Assembly: GCA_964616405.1 (NCBI GenBank)
Contig: CAZTRE010000005.1
Location: 1 to 51,703, forward strand
DNA from: an uncultured Mycoplasma sp.
Lineage (GTDB): Bacteria; Bacillota_I; Bacilli_A; RF39; UBA660
Reading direction: 5' to 3'
Length of the DNA: 51,703 nucleotides
The translations under genes were made by a program, and so were the position numbers. Positions 9,108-18,225 of this stretch are shown here, piece after piece. Numbering within the stretch: position 1 is the first letter of the stretch; every line of letters begins with the position of its first letter. The notes beneath the pieces were generated by a model that saw only the letters and a list, made by a program, of their open reading frames with translations, had not been told where the DNA came from and ran no database searches.

Positions 9108-10430
9108 ATGAAAAAGAGAAAGAGAATTAAGAAAAATAAGCAAAATAAAATAAGTAAATTATTTTCTTCGTTAAAATCTTTTTTTAATAAGAAAAAGTCT
9201 AGGCCTCATTCTATATTAAAGAAAAAAAAGATAATAGAGATTGATGATGATAAGATTGGTAATATTGTCGTTGATAAAAACGATAAATTTAATTTAGTTG
9301 AAGTAATGCTTATTGTTTTGGTGACTGTTTTATTTGGGATGGTTGTTGGCTATGCTTTAAGTTTTACGAAAAGTCCTGGTGTAGAAGTATCTGATGAGGT
9401 TCAAGAATTGGTTTCAACATATGAAAATATTTTGGAAAATTATTATGGAGAAATTACGGAAAAAGAACTTTTAGATGCAGCCATTTCAGGAATGATTGGA
9501 GAATTAAATGATCCTTATTCTGCTGTTATGACAGGAGATAATGCAGAGATTTTTAATGATACTGTAGATGGTTCTTTTATTGGAATTGGTATTGTTGTTG
9601 AATGGAATGACAATAAATTTAAGATTACACAGGTTTATGAAAATTCTCCGGCAGATAAAGTTAAACTTCAAGTAAATGATTATCTTACTAAAATAAATGA
9701 TGAAAAACTTGATGGACTTACATTAAATGAATTGTCTTTAAAAATAAAAAATAAAAATCAAGTTAAAATGACTATTTTACGGGGAGAAGAAGAACTTGAT
9801 GTAATGGTAAAACCAGATGTTGTGGAGGTTATGTCTGTAAACAGTAGAATAGTCGATGATAATATTGGGTTAATTAAGATTAATTCTTTTGCTTCAAATA
9901 CTGGGGAACAGTTTGAGAAACAGTTAAAGAAGTTAGAAACAAAAAAAATTAATTCACTAATTATTGATGTAAGGGGTAATCCAGGAGGAAGACTTGGTGA
10001 AGTTAACGAAATTATGGATTTATTTTTAGATAAGAAGAATGTTATTTATCAGATTGAAACAAAGTCAAAGAAAGAGAAAATTTATACGAAAGATTCTATT
10101 AAAAGAAAATATCCTATTGTAGTGTTAGTTGATTATGATACTGCATCAGCAGCGGAAATTTTAACGGCAAGTTTTAAAGATAATTATAAAAAAGCAACAA
10201 TTATTGGAACTGTTACTTATGGTAAAGGTACGATTCAAAAGGCAGTTAATTTATCAAGTGGTTCGACTATTAAATATACAACACAAAAGTGGTTAACACC
10301 AAAAGGTGTTTGGATTAATGAGGTTGGACTTATTCCAGATGTATTATTAGAAGCAGGGGATGAGTATGATAATTCTCCTAGCGATGATCACGATTTACAA
10401 TTACAAAAAGCCATTGAAATATTGAACTAG
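9108..10430 (+). CDS. S41 family C-terminal processing peptidase (CtpA/CtpB-like) with a PDZ domain
   Basis: TM anchor, PDZ-like segment (GIGIVVEW...ENSPADKVKLQVNDYLTKIND), IIDVRGNPGGRL, TASAAEIL, GTVTYGKGT. Confidence 0.88.
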   Translation: MKKRKRIKKNKQNKISKLFSSLKSFFNKKKSRPHSILKKKKIIEIDDDKIGNIVVDKNDKFNLVEVMLIVLVTVLFGMVVGYALSFTKSPGVEVSDEVQELVSTYENILENYYGEITEKELLDAAISGMIGELNDPYSAVMTGDNAEIFNDTVDGSFIGIGIVVEWNDNKFKITQVYENSPADKVKLQVNDYLTKINDEKLDGLTLNELSLKIKNKNQVKMTILRGEEELDVMVKPDVVEVMSVNSRIVDDNIGLIKINSFASNTGEQFEKQLKKLETKKINSLIIDVRGNPGGRLGEVNEIMDLFLDKKNVIYQIETKSKKEKIYTKDSIKRKYPIVVLVDYDTASAAEILTASFKDNYKKATIIGTVTYGKGTIQKAVNLSSGSTIKYTTQKWLTPKGVWINEVGLIPDVLLEAGDEYDNSPSDDHDLQLQKAIEILN

Positions 10431-10453
10431 GAAGAGATCTTATAAAATTAAAA

Positions 10454-10500
10454 TTCAAACTAAAATAGAAAGTTAAATTCTACTTAGTTTGAATTTTTTT
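10454..10500 (+). terminator. probable terminator after the ctp gene
   Basis: TTCAAACTAA ... TTAGTTTGAA 10-bp inverted repeat with a ~20-nt loop, followed by a T7 run. Confidence 0.5.
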
Positions 10501-10549
10501 GTGAAAAAATCAGTGTAAAAATTGCCAAACCTTTTCGTCATAACTTGAC

Positions 10550-10711
10550 GTGGGGAGAGAAGTAAATGTTACTATTCAGCCAGGTAAATCAGTAGTAGTG
10601 ACTATTGTAATTAGTTGGTTATCTGCTGACAATGTTAAACAACCAGAATTAACTAATGGAAGTGCAACTATGGAATATAATGTTACTTTAGGTTTTTCTC
10701 AAGCGGAGTAA
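10550..10711 (+). pseudogene. orphan 3' fragment of a secreted beta-sandwich-type protein gene (possibly TasA/camelysin-like)
   Basis: 53-codon open frame ...GREVNVTIQPGKSVVVTIVISWLSADNVKQPELTNGSATMEYNVTLGFSQAE*. It has no RBS and no ATG. A stop lies immediately upstream, and another frame carries EKISVKIAKPFRHNLTWGEK*. Confidence 0.3.
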
Positions 10712-10719
10712 TTCGTTTT

Positions 10720-11247
10720 TTAATTATGTATTATATGAGAATCAATAATTAATTGATAACCTTCTTTATTAGGACTACAAGTTGTGAGAACTAGTTGATT
10801 TGTATTAGCTTTAGGGATAGATATTGTCCCTATTTTTTTTGTTTCCCAGATATTCTTGATTTCATAGGTATATTCTTTATTTTTATAGGTAAGTTTAATT
10901 CTATCGGTTTTGGATAATTTATCTAGATTTTTGAAATAAGCAATACGACCTGTTCCTGAATGAGCCGCAATAAAAATAGTAGTGTTTTTTTCTTCTGGAC
11001 TCTTAGATACAGGTAATATTGTTACATGCTTTTCAATAGTGTTTTCTTTTGAATCTATGTTGTATAATTTTTCACTTAAGTTAATTTTACTAATATTTAG
11101 ATAACCAATTGGTAATTCTCTAGTAATAGGTGTAGATATCTTTTCTTTTATTGTTGTCGTAATACTTGTTGAATTAATGGAATATTTTTGATATATAAGA
11201 ATACAGATAAATAGATAGATGACTATTAAGATTACCTTTTTCCACAT
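10720..11247 (-). CDS. sortase family transpeptidase (small, atypical)
   Basis: N-terminal TM anchor, AAHSG (His motif), LVLTTCSP (TLxTC Cys motif). Overlaps the upstream adhesin gene by 16 nt. Confidence 0.75.
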   Translation of the reverse strand: MWKKVILIVIYLFICILIYQKYSINSTSITTTIKEKISTPITRELPIGYLNISKINLSEKLYNIDSKENTIEKHVTILPVSKSPEEKNTTIFIAAHSGTGRIAYFKNLDKLSKTDRIKLTYKNKEYTYEIKNIWETKKIGTISIPKANTNQLVLTTCSPNKEGYQLIIDSHIIHN

Positions 11248-12650
11248 AGTATACTCTGTATAAATTTAATTATTTTTTCTAATAGTGAAGTGTTTTTTGT
11301 ATTTGGGACATCTATCTTATAATTTTTTAGGTTGTATGTAATTACTTTATTATCTTTTACTTCAAATTCTATTGGCTCTATTTTAGTATAACCATCTGTT
11401 GTGGTTAATTGAACTATTTTATATTTACCATAAGGTAATTCTAATTCAGCAATTCCATCGATATTTGTAGTTATGGTTTTTATTAGTTTATCTTGACTGT
11501 ATATGTTGAAACTAATATTTTCTTCTGGTTTAAAATTATCTTCGGTACCATACTCTTTTTTAATTATTATTTTTGTTTTAATAACTTTATTGGGAATAGT
11601 TATTTTAATAGTTGGATTATTTTCACTGATTGTAAAGAAATATTTATTAGTGTTTAATTCGTAACCCTCACCTGGTTTTATTTCTTGTAGATAATATGTT
11701 TTGAATGGTAAATTTTTAAGTTTAATGGTTGAATTATTTAAGGGTATTTCTTTGATAAGGGTATTATCAGCATTATATAATCCAAAAATGGCACCAGTTA
11801 ATGAAGCGTCGCCTTGTGGAATATTCTCGTTTGTTTCTGCATCTATTTTGATTAGTTCTACTTCTGTATTAATTACTTTTAGGGTAAATTGTTCTAATGT
11901 TTTGGTTGGATCTCCAACGTCCATAACGCTTTGAGATTTATTGCAGGTATAAAACAGAGGATGTCTATTATATAATTTATGTTCTTTTTCAAGAGTAAAA
12001 GTGTGAGTTCCTAGTTGTGGATTATTTATTTTTATGGTATTTCCTTTGATTTCAATGTTGTCTTTTGATGTGTAACTAGATAATACATTATTTGTATCTG
12101 TTAGTGTTAATGATTCTCCTTCAACAATGGAGTATGTTTGATTGTTTAAACTGGTTGATTGTTTATAATTATTTACCATGGCTCTTAGTTCGTTTAGTTC
12201 ATCATTAAATATGTGTGCAGTATTTGGATTTTTATTTGTAGTCATATGATATTTCATGGAAGAATTTACTACTTCCCAGATTAGAGTTTGAGTTATAGGA
12301 TACCATTTTGCATCAGTGTGTCCGGGATATCCATACCCAAAATGAGAAAGTAGTGTTACATCTAGTATTTGCCAAGATGAAAGGTTCTGGGGTGTTTCAT
12401 TTCCATCATAAATATAGCCATCATTAAAGTAAACTGTTGGATCAATGCAATATGCAATCTCATGTGAATCAGTTTTTCTAATGAATCTTGCTTGACTATA
12501 GTAGCCTTTTCCACTTGGAGTTATCTTGTGGATAAAAATATTACTGATATATTCTGCTTGATAAAATCCTTGAGTTTTAGCTTGTACATTATTTAATGGT
12601 AATAATAAAGTTAAAAATAAACTTATTAAGAAAATTATTATTTTTTTCAT
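11232..12650 (-). CDS. surface adhesin with a Cys-Gln thioester domain (TQXA type) and two SpaA/Cna-B-like beta-sandwich domains
   Basis: Signal peptide ending VQA-K. AYCIDP (thioester Cys) and PITQTLIWEV (TQxxIW Gln motif). GAIFGLYNADN...YYLQEIKPGEGYEL and GIAELELPYGKYKIVQLTTTDGY are Cna-B/SpaA-like. Confidence 0.75.
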   Translation of the reverse strand: MKKIIIFLISLFLTLLLPLNNVQAKTQGFYQAEYISNIFIHKITPSGKGYYSQARFIRKTDSHEIAYCIDPTVYFNDGYIYDGNETPQNLSSWQILDVTLLSHFGYGYPGHTDAKWYPITQTLIWEVVNSSMKYHMTTNKNPNTAHIFNDELNELRAMVNNYKQSTSLNNQTYSIVEGESLTLTDTNNVLSSYTSKDNIEIKGNTIKINNPQLGTHTFTLEKEHKLYNRHPLFYTCNKSQSVMDVGDPTKTLEQFTLKVINTEVELIKIDAETNENIPQGDASLTGAIFGLYNADNTLIKEIPLNNSTIKLKNLPFKTYYLQEIKPGEGYELNTNKYFFTISENNPTIKITIPNKVIKTKIIIKKEYGTEDNFKPEENISFNIYSQDKLIKTITTNIDGIAELELPYGKYKIVQLTTTDGYTKIEPIEFEVKDNKVITYNLKNYKIDVPNTKNTSLLEKIIKFIQSILCGKR

Positions 12651-12852
12651 AAATTGCCTCCTTTTTTTCTTAACGTTTTAGATAATAACATGGGATTTTT
12701 AAAAGGACAAATGGCAGTTTTGATAAATTTAAGGTAATTTTGTTGTGGAAAAATGTTTTTCACAAGATAAAAAAGTTGTTTTTGGTAGAAAAAATGATAT
12801 CAAAAAACAAGTTTAGTACTTTTATGATATAATTGTTATGTGAGGTGATTTG

Positions 12853-14469
12853 ATGACTGATATAGAAATTGCGAGAAGTATTAAAATGAAAGATATTAGA
12901 GAAGTTGGAGAAATGTTATCTTTAAAAGAAGATGATTTAATTTTATATAATAATGATAAAGCTAAGATAAAACGTGTTCCTGATGCAGAAAATGGTAAAT
13001 TAGTTTTGGTTACAGCTATTAGTCCGACCCCATTTGGTGAGGGAAAAACTACTGTTTCTATTGGTTTAACTGATGCACTTAGAAAAATGGGTGAAAAAGC
13101 AGTTGCGGTATTAAGAGAGCCTTCAATGGGACCTGTTTTTGGAATGAAAGGTGGGGCAACAGGCGGAGGTTATAGTCAAGTTGTGCCAATGGAAGATATC
13201 AATTTACATTTTACTGGTGATTTTCACGCTATTACATCTGCTAATAATTTGTTATGTGCTGCCATTGATAATCATATTTATTTTGGTAATGAACTTGATA
13301 TTTGCGAAGTAAACTTTGGAAGATGTTTAGATGTAAATGATAGGGCTTTAAGATCAGTAAATCTTGATACAAGAAGAGAAAGTTTTAATATAACTGCAGC
13401 GAGTGAAATAATGTCTATATTTTGTTTAGCCACATCTTTAGATGATTTAAAGAGAAGAATTGGTAATATCGTTATTGGTTATAATAGTAAGCATGAAGAA
13501 ATATATGCGAGACAATTAAATATTGAAGGTTCAATGGTGGCCTTGTTGAAAGATGCCTTCTTGCCTAATTTAGTGCAAACATTAGAGGGAAATCCCGTTA
13601 TTATTCATGGTGGACCTTTTGCGAATATTGCACATGGTTGTAATAGTGTAGTTGCTACTAAAATGGGATTAAAACTTGGGGATTATGTAATTACAGAAGC
13701 TGGATTTGGGGCTGATTTAGGAGCTGAAAAATTCTTTGATATAAAGTGTCGTCAAGCTAACTTATCTCCTGATGCCGTTGTTTTAGTGGCTACTATTAAA
13801 GCTTTAAAGTATCATGGTGGAGTAAGCAAGGATGAGATTTATTTAAAGAATGAAGAAGCTTTAAAGTTAGGTTTAACTAATTTAGAAAGACATATCGAGA
13901 ATATTAAAAAATATGTTGATGATGTAGTTGTTTGTCTAAATAGATATGATACTGATTTAGATTCAGAAATTGAAATGGTTGAAAATTGTTGTTTAGAACA
14001 TAATGTTTTATTTGCTGAGAGTAAAGCTTATTCTTTAGGAGGAGCTGGTGCTATGGACGTTGCTTCTAAAGTAATTGCTGCTTGTTCTCTTAATAATAAA
14101 TTTCAAATGTTGTATCCAAATGAATTTACTTTAACTGATAAAATAAAAACAATTGCCAAGGAAATATATCGTGCAGATGATGTTATTTTTAGTCAGAAGG
14201 CAATGAGTAAAATAGACTCATTGGAAAAAAATGGTAAAGGAAAGTTACCTGTATGTATTGCTAAAACTCAATATTCTTTTTCTGATGATGCTAAGAAAGT
14301 TGGGGCTCCAGAGCATTTCAATATTTCCGTGCGTGATGTTATTTTATATAATGGTGCTGAATTTATTACAGTGTTGTTAGGAAATATAATGACTATGCCT
14401 GGTCTATCTAGAAAACCAAATTATGAGCAAATAGATGTTATTGATGGTAAGATAGTTGGGTTATCATAA
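12853..14469 (+). CDS. fhs: formate--tetrahydrofolate ligase
   Basis: ISPTPFGEGKTTVSIGL P-loop. Similarity to FTHFS is recognisable over the full length (GPFANIAHGCNS, ITEAGFGADLGAEKF). Confidence 0.93.
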   Translation: MTDIEIARSIKMKDIREVGEMLSLKEDDLILYNNDKAKIKRVPDAENGKLVLVTAISPTPFGEGKTTVSIGLTDALRKMGEKAVAVLREPSMGPVFGMKGGATGGGYSQVVPMEDINLHFTGDFHAITSANNLLCAAIDNHIYFGNELDICEVNFGRCLDVNDRALRSVNLDTRRESFNITAASEIMSIFCLATSLDDLKRRIGNIVIGYNSKHEEIYARQLNIEGSMVALLKDAFLPNLVQTLEGNPVIIHGGPFANIAHGCNSVVATKMGLKLGDYVITEAGFGADLGAEKFFDIKCRQANLSPDAVVLVATIKALKYHGGVSKDEIYLKNEEALKLGLTNLERHIENIKKYVDDVVVCLNRYDTDLDSEIEMVENCCLEHNVLFAESKAYSLGGAGAMDVASKVIAACSLNNKFQMLYPNEFTLTDKIKTIAKEIYRADDVIFSQKAMSKIDSLEKNGKGKLPVCIAKTQYSFSDDAKKVGAPEHFNISVRDVILYNGAEFITVLLGNIMTMPGLSRKPNYEQIDVIDGKIVGLS

Positions 14470-14507
14470 AAACTAAAGAAGTACTTGAATGGAATTTTTG
14501 ATCATAT

Positions 14508-14543
14508 AAAAACCTCGTTTCTATGTTTTGAAACGGGGTTTTG
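14508..14543. terminator. bidirectional terminator between fhs and the convergent dehydrogenase gene
   Basis: CCTCGTTTC-tatgtttt-GAAACGGGG stem flanked by A and T runs. Confidence 0.7.
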
Positions 14544-14558
14544 TGATTTTATTTATTT

Positions 14559-15632
14559 TTATTTTACATATGTTTGTAATGGTTTAGGACGATACATTAA
14601 TTCATCCATATCACATGTAGGAACAAATCCTGGATGGGCATTGATTACATCTGGCAATCTATTTACAATTGTCGCACATGTTAATTCAACTGTTGCTGGT
14701 CTATTAACTGTAATCGTTGTATCTGGTTCACCGATGACTGACCATTCATTTTTATCGAATTCATCTGGTCCATAAACTTTACCAATACATTCACTTTCAA
14801 TGATAATTCCTTCTTTAGTTTCAGTAGTAACGATTGCGCTCATTCCTGTTGCATCTCCTTGTTTAACAGTCATATTTAAGGTAGATGATGCAATATCTTT
14901 TTTATATGTAGTTGGAATGCATTTTTGTGATTGTGATTTTACTGTTAGTCCTAGTTTTCGCGCTAACCAACCATTAACATTCCACATGTATGATGGAGAA
15001 TATGTTCCGCTGTTAATTAGAGAGTCTCTTTCTTCTTTACTCATTCTATCAACACTAGCAATTTTTTCATCAAATTCATCTAAGGTTAAGCCAGCTCCGT
15101 GAGCTTCAGCTAAGGCAATTCCGTAGTCTTCAACGTTATATGAAGAGCTTCCTTTTATTTTAGTGATATTGTGTGTTGAAGATGCGATTGCACTGATTAA
15201 TTCTCCCCAATAAACATCTTGATAGCCAGAGCCTGCAATTGTACAGTTATTTTGTTTAGCAAGTTCATCAATCTTATTAGTTAAGTTTGGATTTGAATTG
15301 AATGAGAAGAAGGCTTCTTCACAAGTAGTGATAGCATTAATTCCTAATTTTGCACATAGCATTAGTGCATCTTCTACATCACTTAATAAACTCATTGTTG
15401 TAACTATTACAATATCAGGTTTAACCTCCTTTAATAATTCTTCAGCACTATCAATAGAGGTTACTTTAATTCCTTTTTCTCCACAACCAATTATTTCACC
15501 AATATCTTTTCCAATAACTGTAGGATTAATATCAATGGCACCAACAATTTCTGCTCCCTTCTCATACACATAACGCATTGTGTATACAGACATTTTTCCA
15601 GTACCATATTGTACTACACGAATTTTTTTCAT
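14559..15632 (-). CDS. DapB-like NAD(P)-dependent amine dehydrogenase family protein (2,4-diaminopentanoate dehydrogenase-like)
   Basis: MKKIRVVQYGTGKMS Rossmann start, EIVGAIDINP. The length and layout resemble Ord/nat-AmDH proteins as I remember them. Confidence 0.55.
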   Translation of the reverse strand: MKKIRVVQYGTGKMSVYTMRYVYEKGAEIVGAIDINPTVIGKDIGEIIGCGEKGIKVTSIDSAEELLKEVKPDIVIVTTMSLLSDVEDALMLCAKLGINAITTCEEAFFSFNSNPNLTNKIDELAKQNNCTIAGSGYQDVYWGELISAIASSTHNITKIKGSSSYNVEDYGIALAEAHGAGLTLDEFDEKIASVDRMSKEERDSLINSGTYSPSYMWNVNGWLARKLGLTVKSQSQKCIPTTYKKDIASSTLNMTVKQGDATGMSAIVTTETKEGIIIESECIGKVYGPDEFDKNEWSVIGEPDTTITVNRPATVELTCATIVNRLPDVINAHPGFVPTCDMDELMYRPKPLQTYVK

Positions 15633-15725
15633 TTGTTTTCCTCCTTATTTTTAGAATACTCTAGGATCTAAAAATTATTAATAATTTAATAAAAACAAAA
15701 AAAGAGACTAACTCCTTTTATGCTT

Positions 15726-16409
15726 TTAACGTGATGAAGTTTTATCTGAATCTGACTCAGTTGGTTCATTTGGTGTTATTACAGTTGTTTGTTTTTCATA
15801 AATCCATATTTTTCCAGTATATAATTTATTATCATAAGTAATTGTGTATTGATATTCTCCTGGTTGGGATGTATTGACATCTTTTAAATTTAAAATAATA
15901 TTATTTATAACTTCTTCTGATAAGTCTCCAACAATATATGTAGAAACGTTTGTTGATAATGCGGAACCTTTTTCAAGACTTAGATTTTTAAGTTTAATTT
16001 CTACTTTAGGTAATTCCTTGGCTTTTATAACAAAAGAAGCATTATATTTTTTCTTTTTATATGTAACTGTATATGTGTATGTTCCCGCTTGATTTATATT
16101 AATCATAGAAGTATCTAATTTTAGAGCTTTTAAAACACTAGGGTCAATTTCTTTGGCATTTTCAATATAATCTTTGATATTTAAACTTAAAGGATTATTT
16201 ATTTCTAATTCCATGTCTTTTAATTTTATTTCGTTAGTTTGTGCTTGAGCTACTCTTGTTTCTGATATATCTAATGAGTAAGTTTTTTTAATAGATGTAC
16301 GTTCTCCAGATGCAGTCATTATTAATCCACTACTTACCATTAATAGTCCGCAGCAAGCAATTGTCATTGATAAAATCCTGTGTTCTTTTTTGGTTAACTT
16401 CTGTTTCAT
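15726..16409 (-). CDS. membrane-anchored protein with two tandem beta-rich repeats, unknown function
   Basis: TM helix (ILSMTIACCGLLMVSSGLIM). Internal repeat: NQAGTYTYTVTYKKKKYNASFVIKA versus TSQPGEYQYTITYDNKLYTGKIWIYE. Confidence 0.6.
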   Translation of the reverse strand: MKQKLTKKEHRILSMTIACCGLLMVSSGLIMTASGERTSIKKTYSLDISETRVAQAQTNEIKLKDMELEINNPLSLNIKDYIENAKEIDPSVLKALKLDTSMININQAGTYTYTVTYKKKKYNASFVIKAKELPKVEIKLKNLSLEKGSALSTNVSTYIVGDLSEEVINNIILNLKDVNTSQPGEYQYTITYDNKLYTGKIWIYEKQTTVITPNEPTESDSDKTSSR

Positions 16410-16528
16410 TACACATACTCCTATCTTTATTTGATTATATTATATTTTCGAATTAATAACAAGGAATTTTGTAACATTTTGTTGAATTTTGTAGGAATGT
16501 GGAATATAATTTTTATAGAGGTGAGTTT

Positions 16529-16951
16529 ATGACAACGATTTGGTTAATTGCTTTTTTTGGACTATTGTTAATTGAACTTGTAACGGTTGATCTTGTGTCT
16601 ATTTGGTTTGCATTAGGGGCACTTGCTGCATTAATTACAACGTTTATAACAGAGTCTATTTTGATACAAACAATCGTATTTATATTTGTATCAATCATTG
16701 CATTACTTGTGACACGTCCACTTATGAAAAAGTTTAAGATAAACGGATTTGAACCAACTAATACTGATAGGGTGATTGGTAAAGTAGCAGAAGTTACAAA
16801 GGAAATTAAACCTAATTCATATGGTGAAGTAGTTGTGTTTGGTAACGAATGGATGGCTGTTAGTAAAGAAAAGATAGCAGTTGGAGAAAAAGTTGTTATT
16901 GAAAAGATCGATGGAGCAAAACTTATCGTTAAAAAAGAAGGAGAAAAATAA
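16529..16951 (+). CDS. NfeD family membrane protein
   Basis: Two or three TM helices, then a C-terminal OB-like segment GKVAEVTKEI...GEVVVFGNEWMAV...GEKVVIEKIDGAKLIV. Directly precedes an SPFH gene. Confidence 0.8.
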   Translation: MTTIWLIAFFGLLLIELVTVDLVSIWFALGALAALITTFITESILIQTIVFIFVSIIALLVTRPLMKKFKINGFEPTNTDRVIGKVAEVTKEIKPNSYGEVVVFGNEWMAVSKEKIAVGEKVVIEKIDGAKLIVKKEGEK

Positions 16952-16953
16952 AT

Positions 16954-17889
16954 ATGGAAATTTTATTAATTATCTTGATAGTTATAGTGGCAATTTTAGT
17001 ATCGGGAATTAGAATTGTATCACAATCAAAAGCACAAGTTATTGAAAGACTTGGAGCATATCATAGAACCAATCATACTGGTTTACAATATGTTGTTCCA
17101 TTTTTCGAACGTGTATCAAATACTGTAAGCTTAAAAGAAATCGTTAGAGATTTCGCACCACAACCAGTTATTACAAAAGATAATGTAACAATGCAAATTG
17201 ATACAGTTGTTTATTTTCATATAACTGATCCGAAAATGTATACTTATGGTGTTGAAAATCCAGTTAATGCTATTGAAAATTTAACGGCAACAACATTACG
17301 TAATATTATTGGTGAGTTGGAATTAGATGAAACTTTAACATCTCGTGATGTTATTAATACGAAAATGCGTTCAATTTTAGATGTTGCTACAGATCCTTGG
17401 GGAATTAAAGTAACCCGTGTAGAAGTTAAAAATATTATTCCACCAAGAGATATTCAAGAAGCAATGGAAAAACAAATGCGAGCTGAACGTGAAAGACGTG
17501 AAGCTATTCTTAAAGCAGAAGGAGAAAAGAAAGCAGCTATTTTAATTGCTGAAGGTGAGAAGGAAAGTGCAATTTTAAGAGCCGATGCTAAGAGAGAATC
17601 ACATATTCGTGAGGCTGAAGGTGAAGCAACAGCAATAATTAAAATCCAAGAGGCAACAGCAGAAGGTTTAAGATTATTAAAAGAGGCTAAAATGGATGAT
17701 GCTGTATTAAAGTATAAGAGTTATGAAGCAATGACTCAAGTTGCTAATGGTAATGCTACAAAGATTATTGTACCAAGTGAATTACAAAATTTTGCAACAG
17801 CAGGAATGGTATTTGGGGAAATGCTTAATTCAAAGGATTCATCAACAGCAACTAAATCAAAAATGACTGCTACACGTTCAGAAAAATAA
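16954..17889 (+). CDS. SPFH/band-7 (stomatin/prohibitin-like) protein
   Basis: TM anchor, SPFH core (VITKDNVTMQIDTVVYF...TLRNIIGELELDETLTSRD), Ala/Glu-rich coiled-coil tail. Confidence 0.88.
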   Translation: MEILLIILIVIVAILVSGIRIVSQSKAQVIERLGAYHRTNHTGLQYVVPFFERVSNTVSLKEIVRDFAPQPVITKDNVTMQIDTVVYFHITDPKMYTYGVENPVNAIENLTATTLRNIIGELELDETLTSRDVINTKMRSILDVATDPWGIKVTRVEVKNIIPPRDIQEAMEKQMRAERERREAILKAEGEKKAAILIAEGEKESAILRADAKRESHIREAEGEATAIIKIQEATAEGLRLLKEAKMDDAVLKYKSYEAMTQVANGNATKIIVPSELQNFATAGMVFGEMLNSKDSSTATKSKMTATRSEK

Positions 17890-17940
17890 ATAGTGATAAA
17901 GACTGAAAAGACTAAATAGAATGATTTTGTAGTTTAACTA

Positions 17941-17977
17941 AAAAATACCACATAATTATGTTAGTGGTATTTTTTTT
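17941..17977. terminator. bidirectional terminator
   Basis: ATACCAC-...-GTGGTAT stem flanked by A5 and T7. Overlaps the stop of the DUF1294 gene. Confidence 0.6.
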
Positions 17978-18225
17978 GTAATTATTAGGAGCATTAGAAT
18001 TGTTACTGAGATTGGAATTATAATATAAAATTTTGGTTTTCTAATTTTATGTCTAAATAATAACATTCCAAAAAGAGTTCCAATACAACCTCCAAAAGTA
18101 CTTAAAGTTAGTAAAATGTGTTCACTAACTCTTTTTTTGCACTTTATTGCTAGTAATTTGTCTAATCCCATTATGAGAAAAGAAGTAATATTAATCCCTA
18201 TTAGATAAAGTTTAATTGTCATCAT
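17956..18225 (-). CDS. DUF1294 family membrane protein
   Basis: GLDKLLAIKCKKRVSEHILLTLSTFGGCIGTLFGMLLFRHKIRKPKF matches the DUF1294 pattern. 14-nt overlap with the upstream gene. Confidence 0.75.
   Translation of the reverse strand: MMTIKLYLIGINITSFLIMGLDKLLAIKCKKRVSEHILLTLSTFGGCIGTLFGMLLFRHKIRKPKFYIIIPISVTILMLLIITKKIPLT

Noticed and set aside
12651-12852. A THF or other riboswitch in the 200-nt region upstream of fhs.
   Set aside because: I could not find conserved riboswitch motifs or a terminator/antiterminator pair. The region is shared with the divergent adhesin promoter and looks like plain AT-rich promoter DNA.
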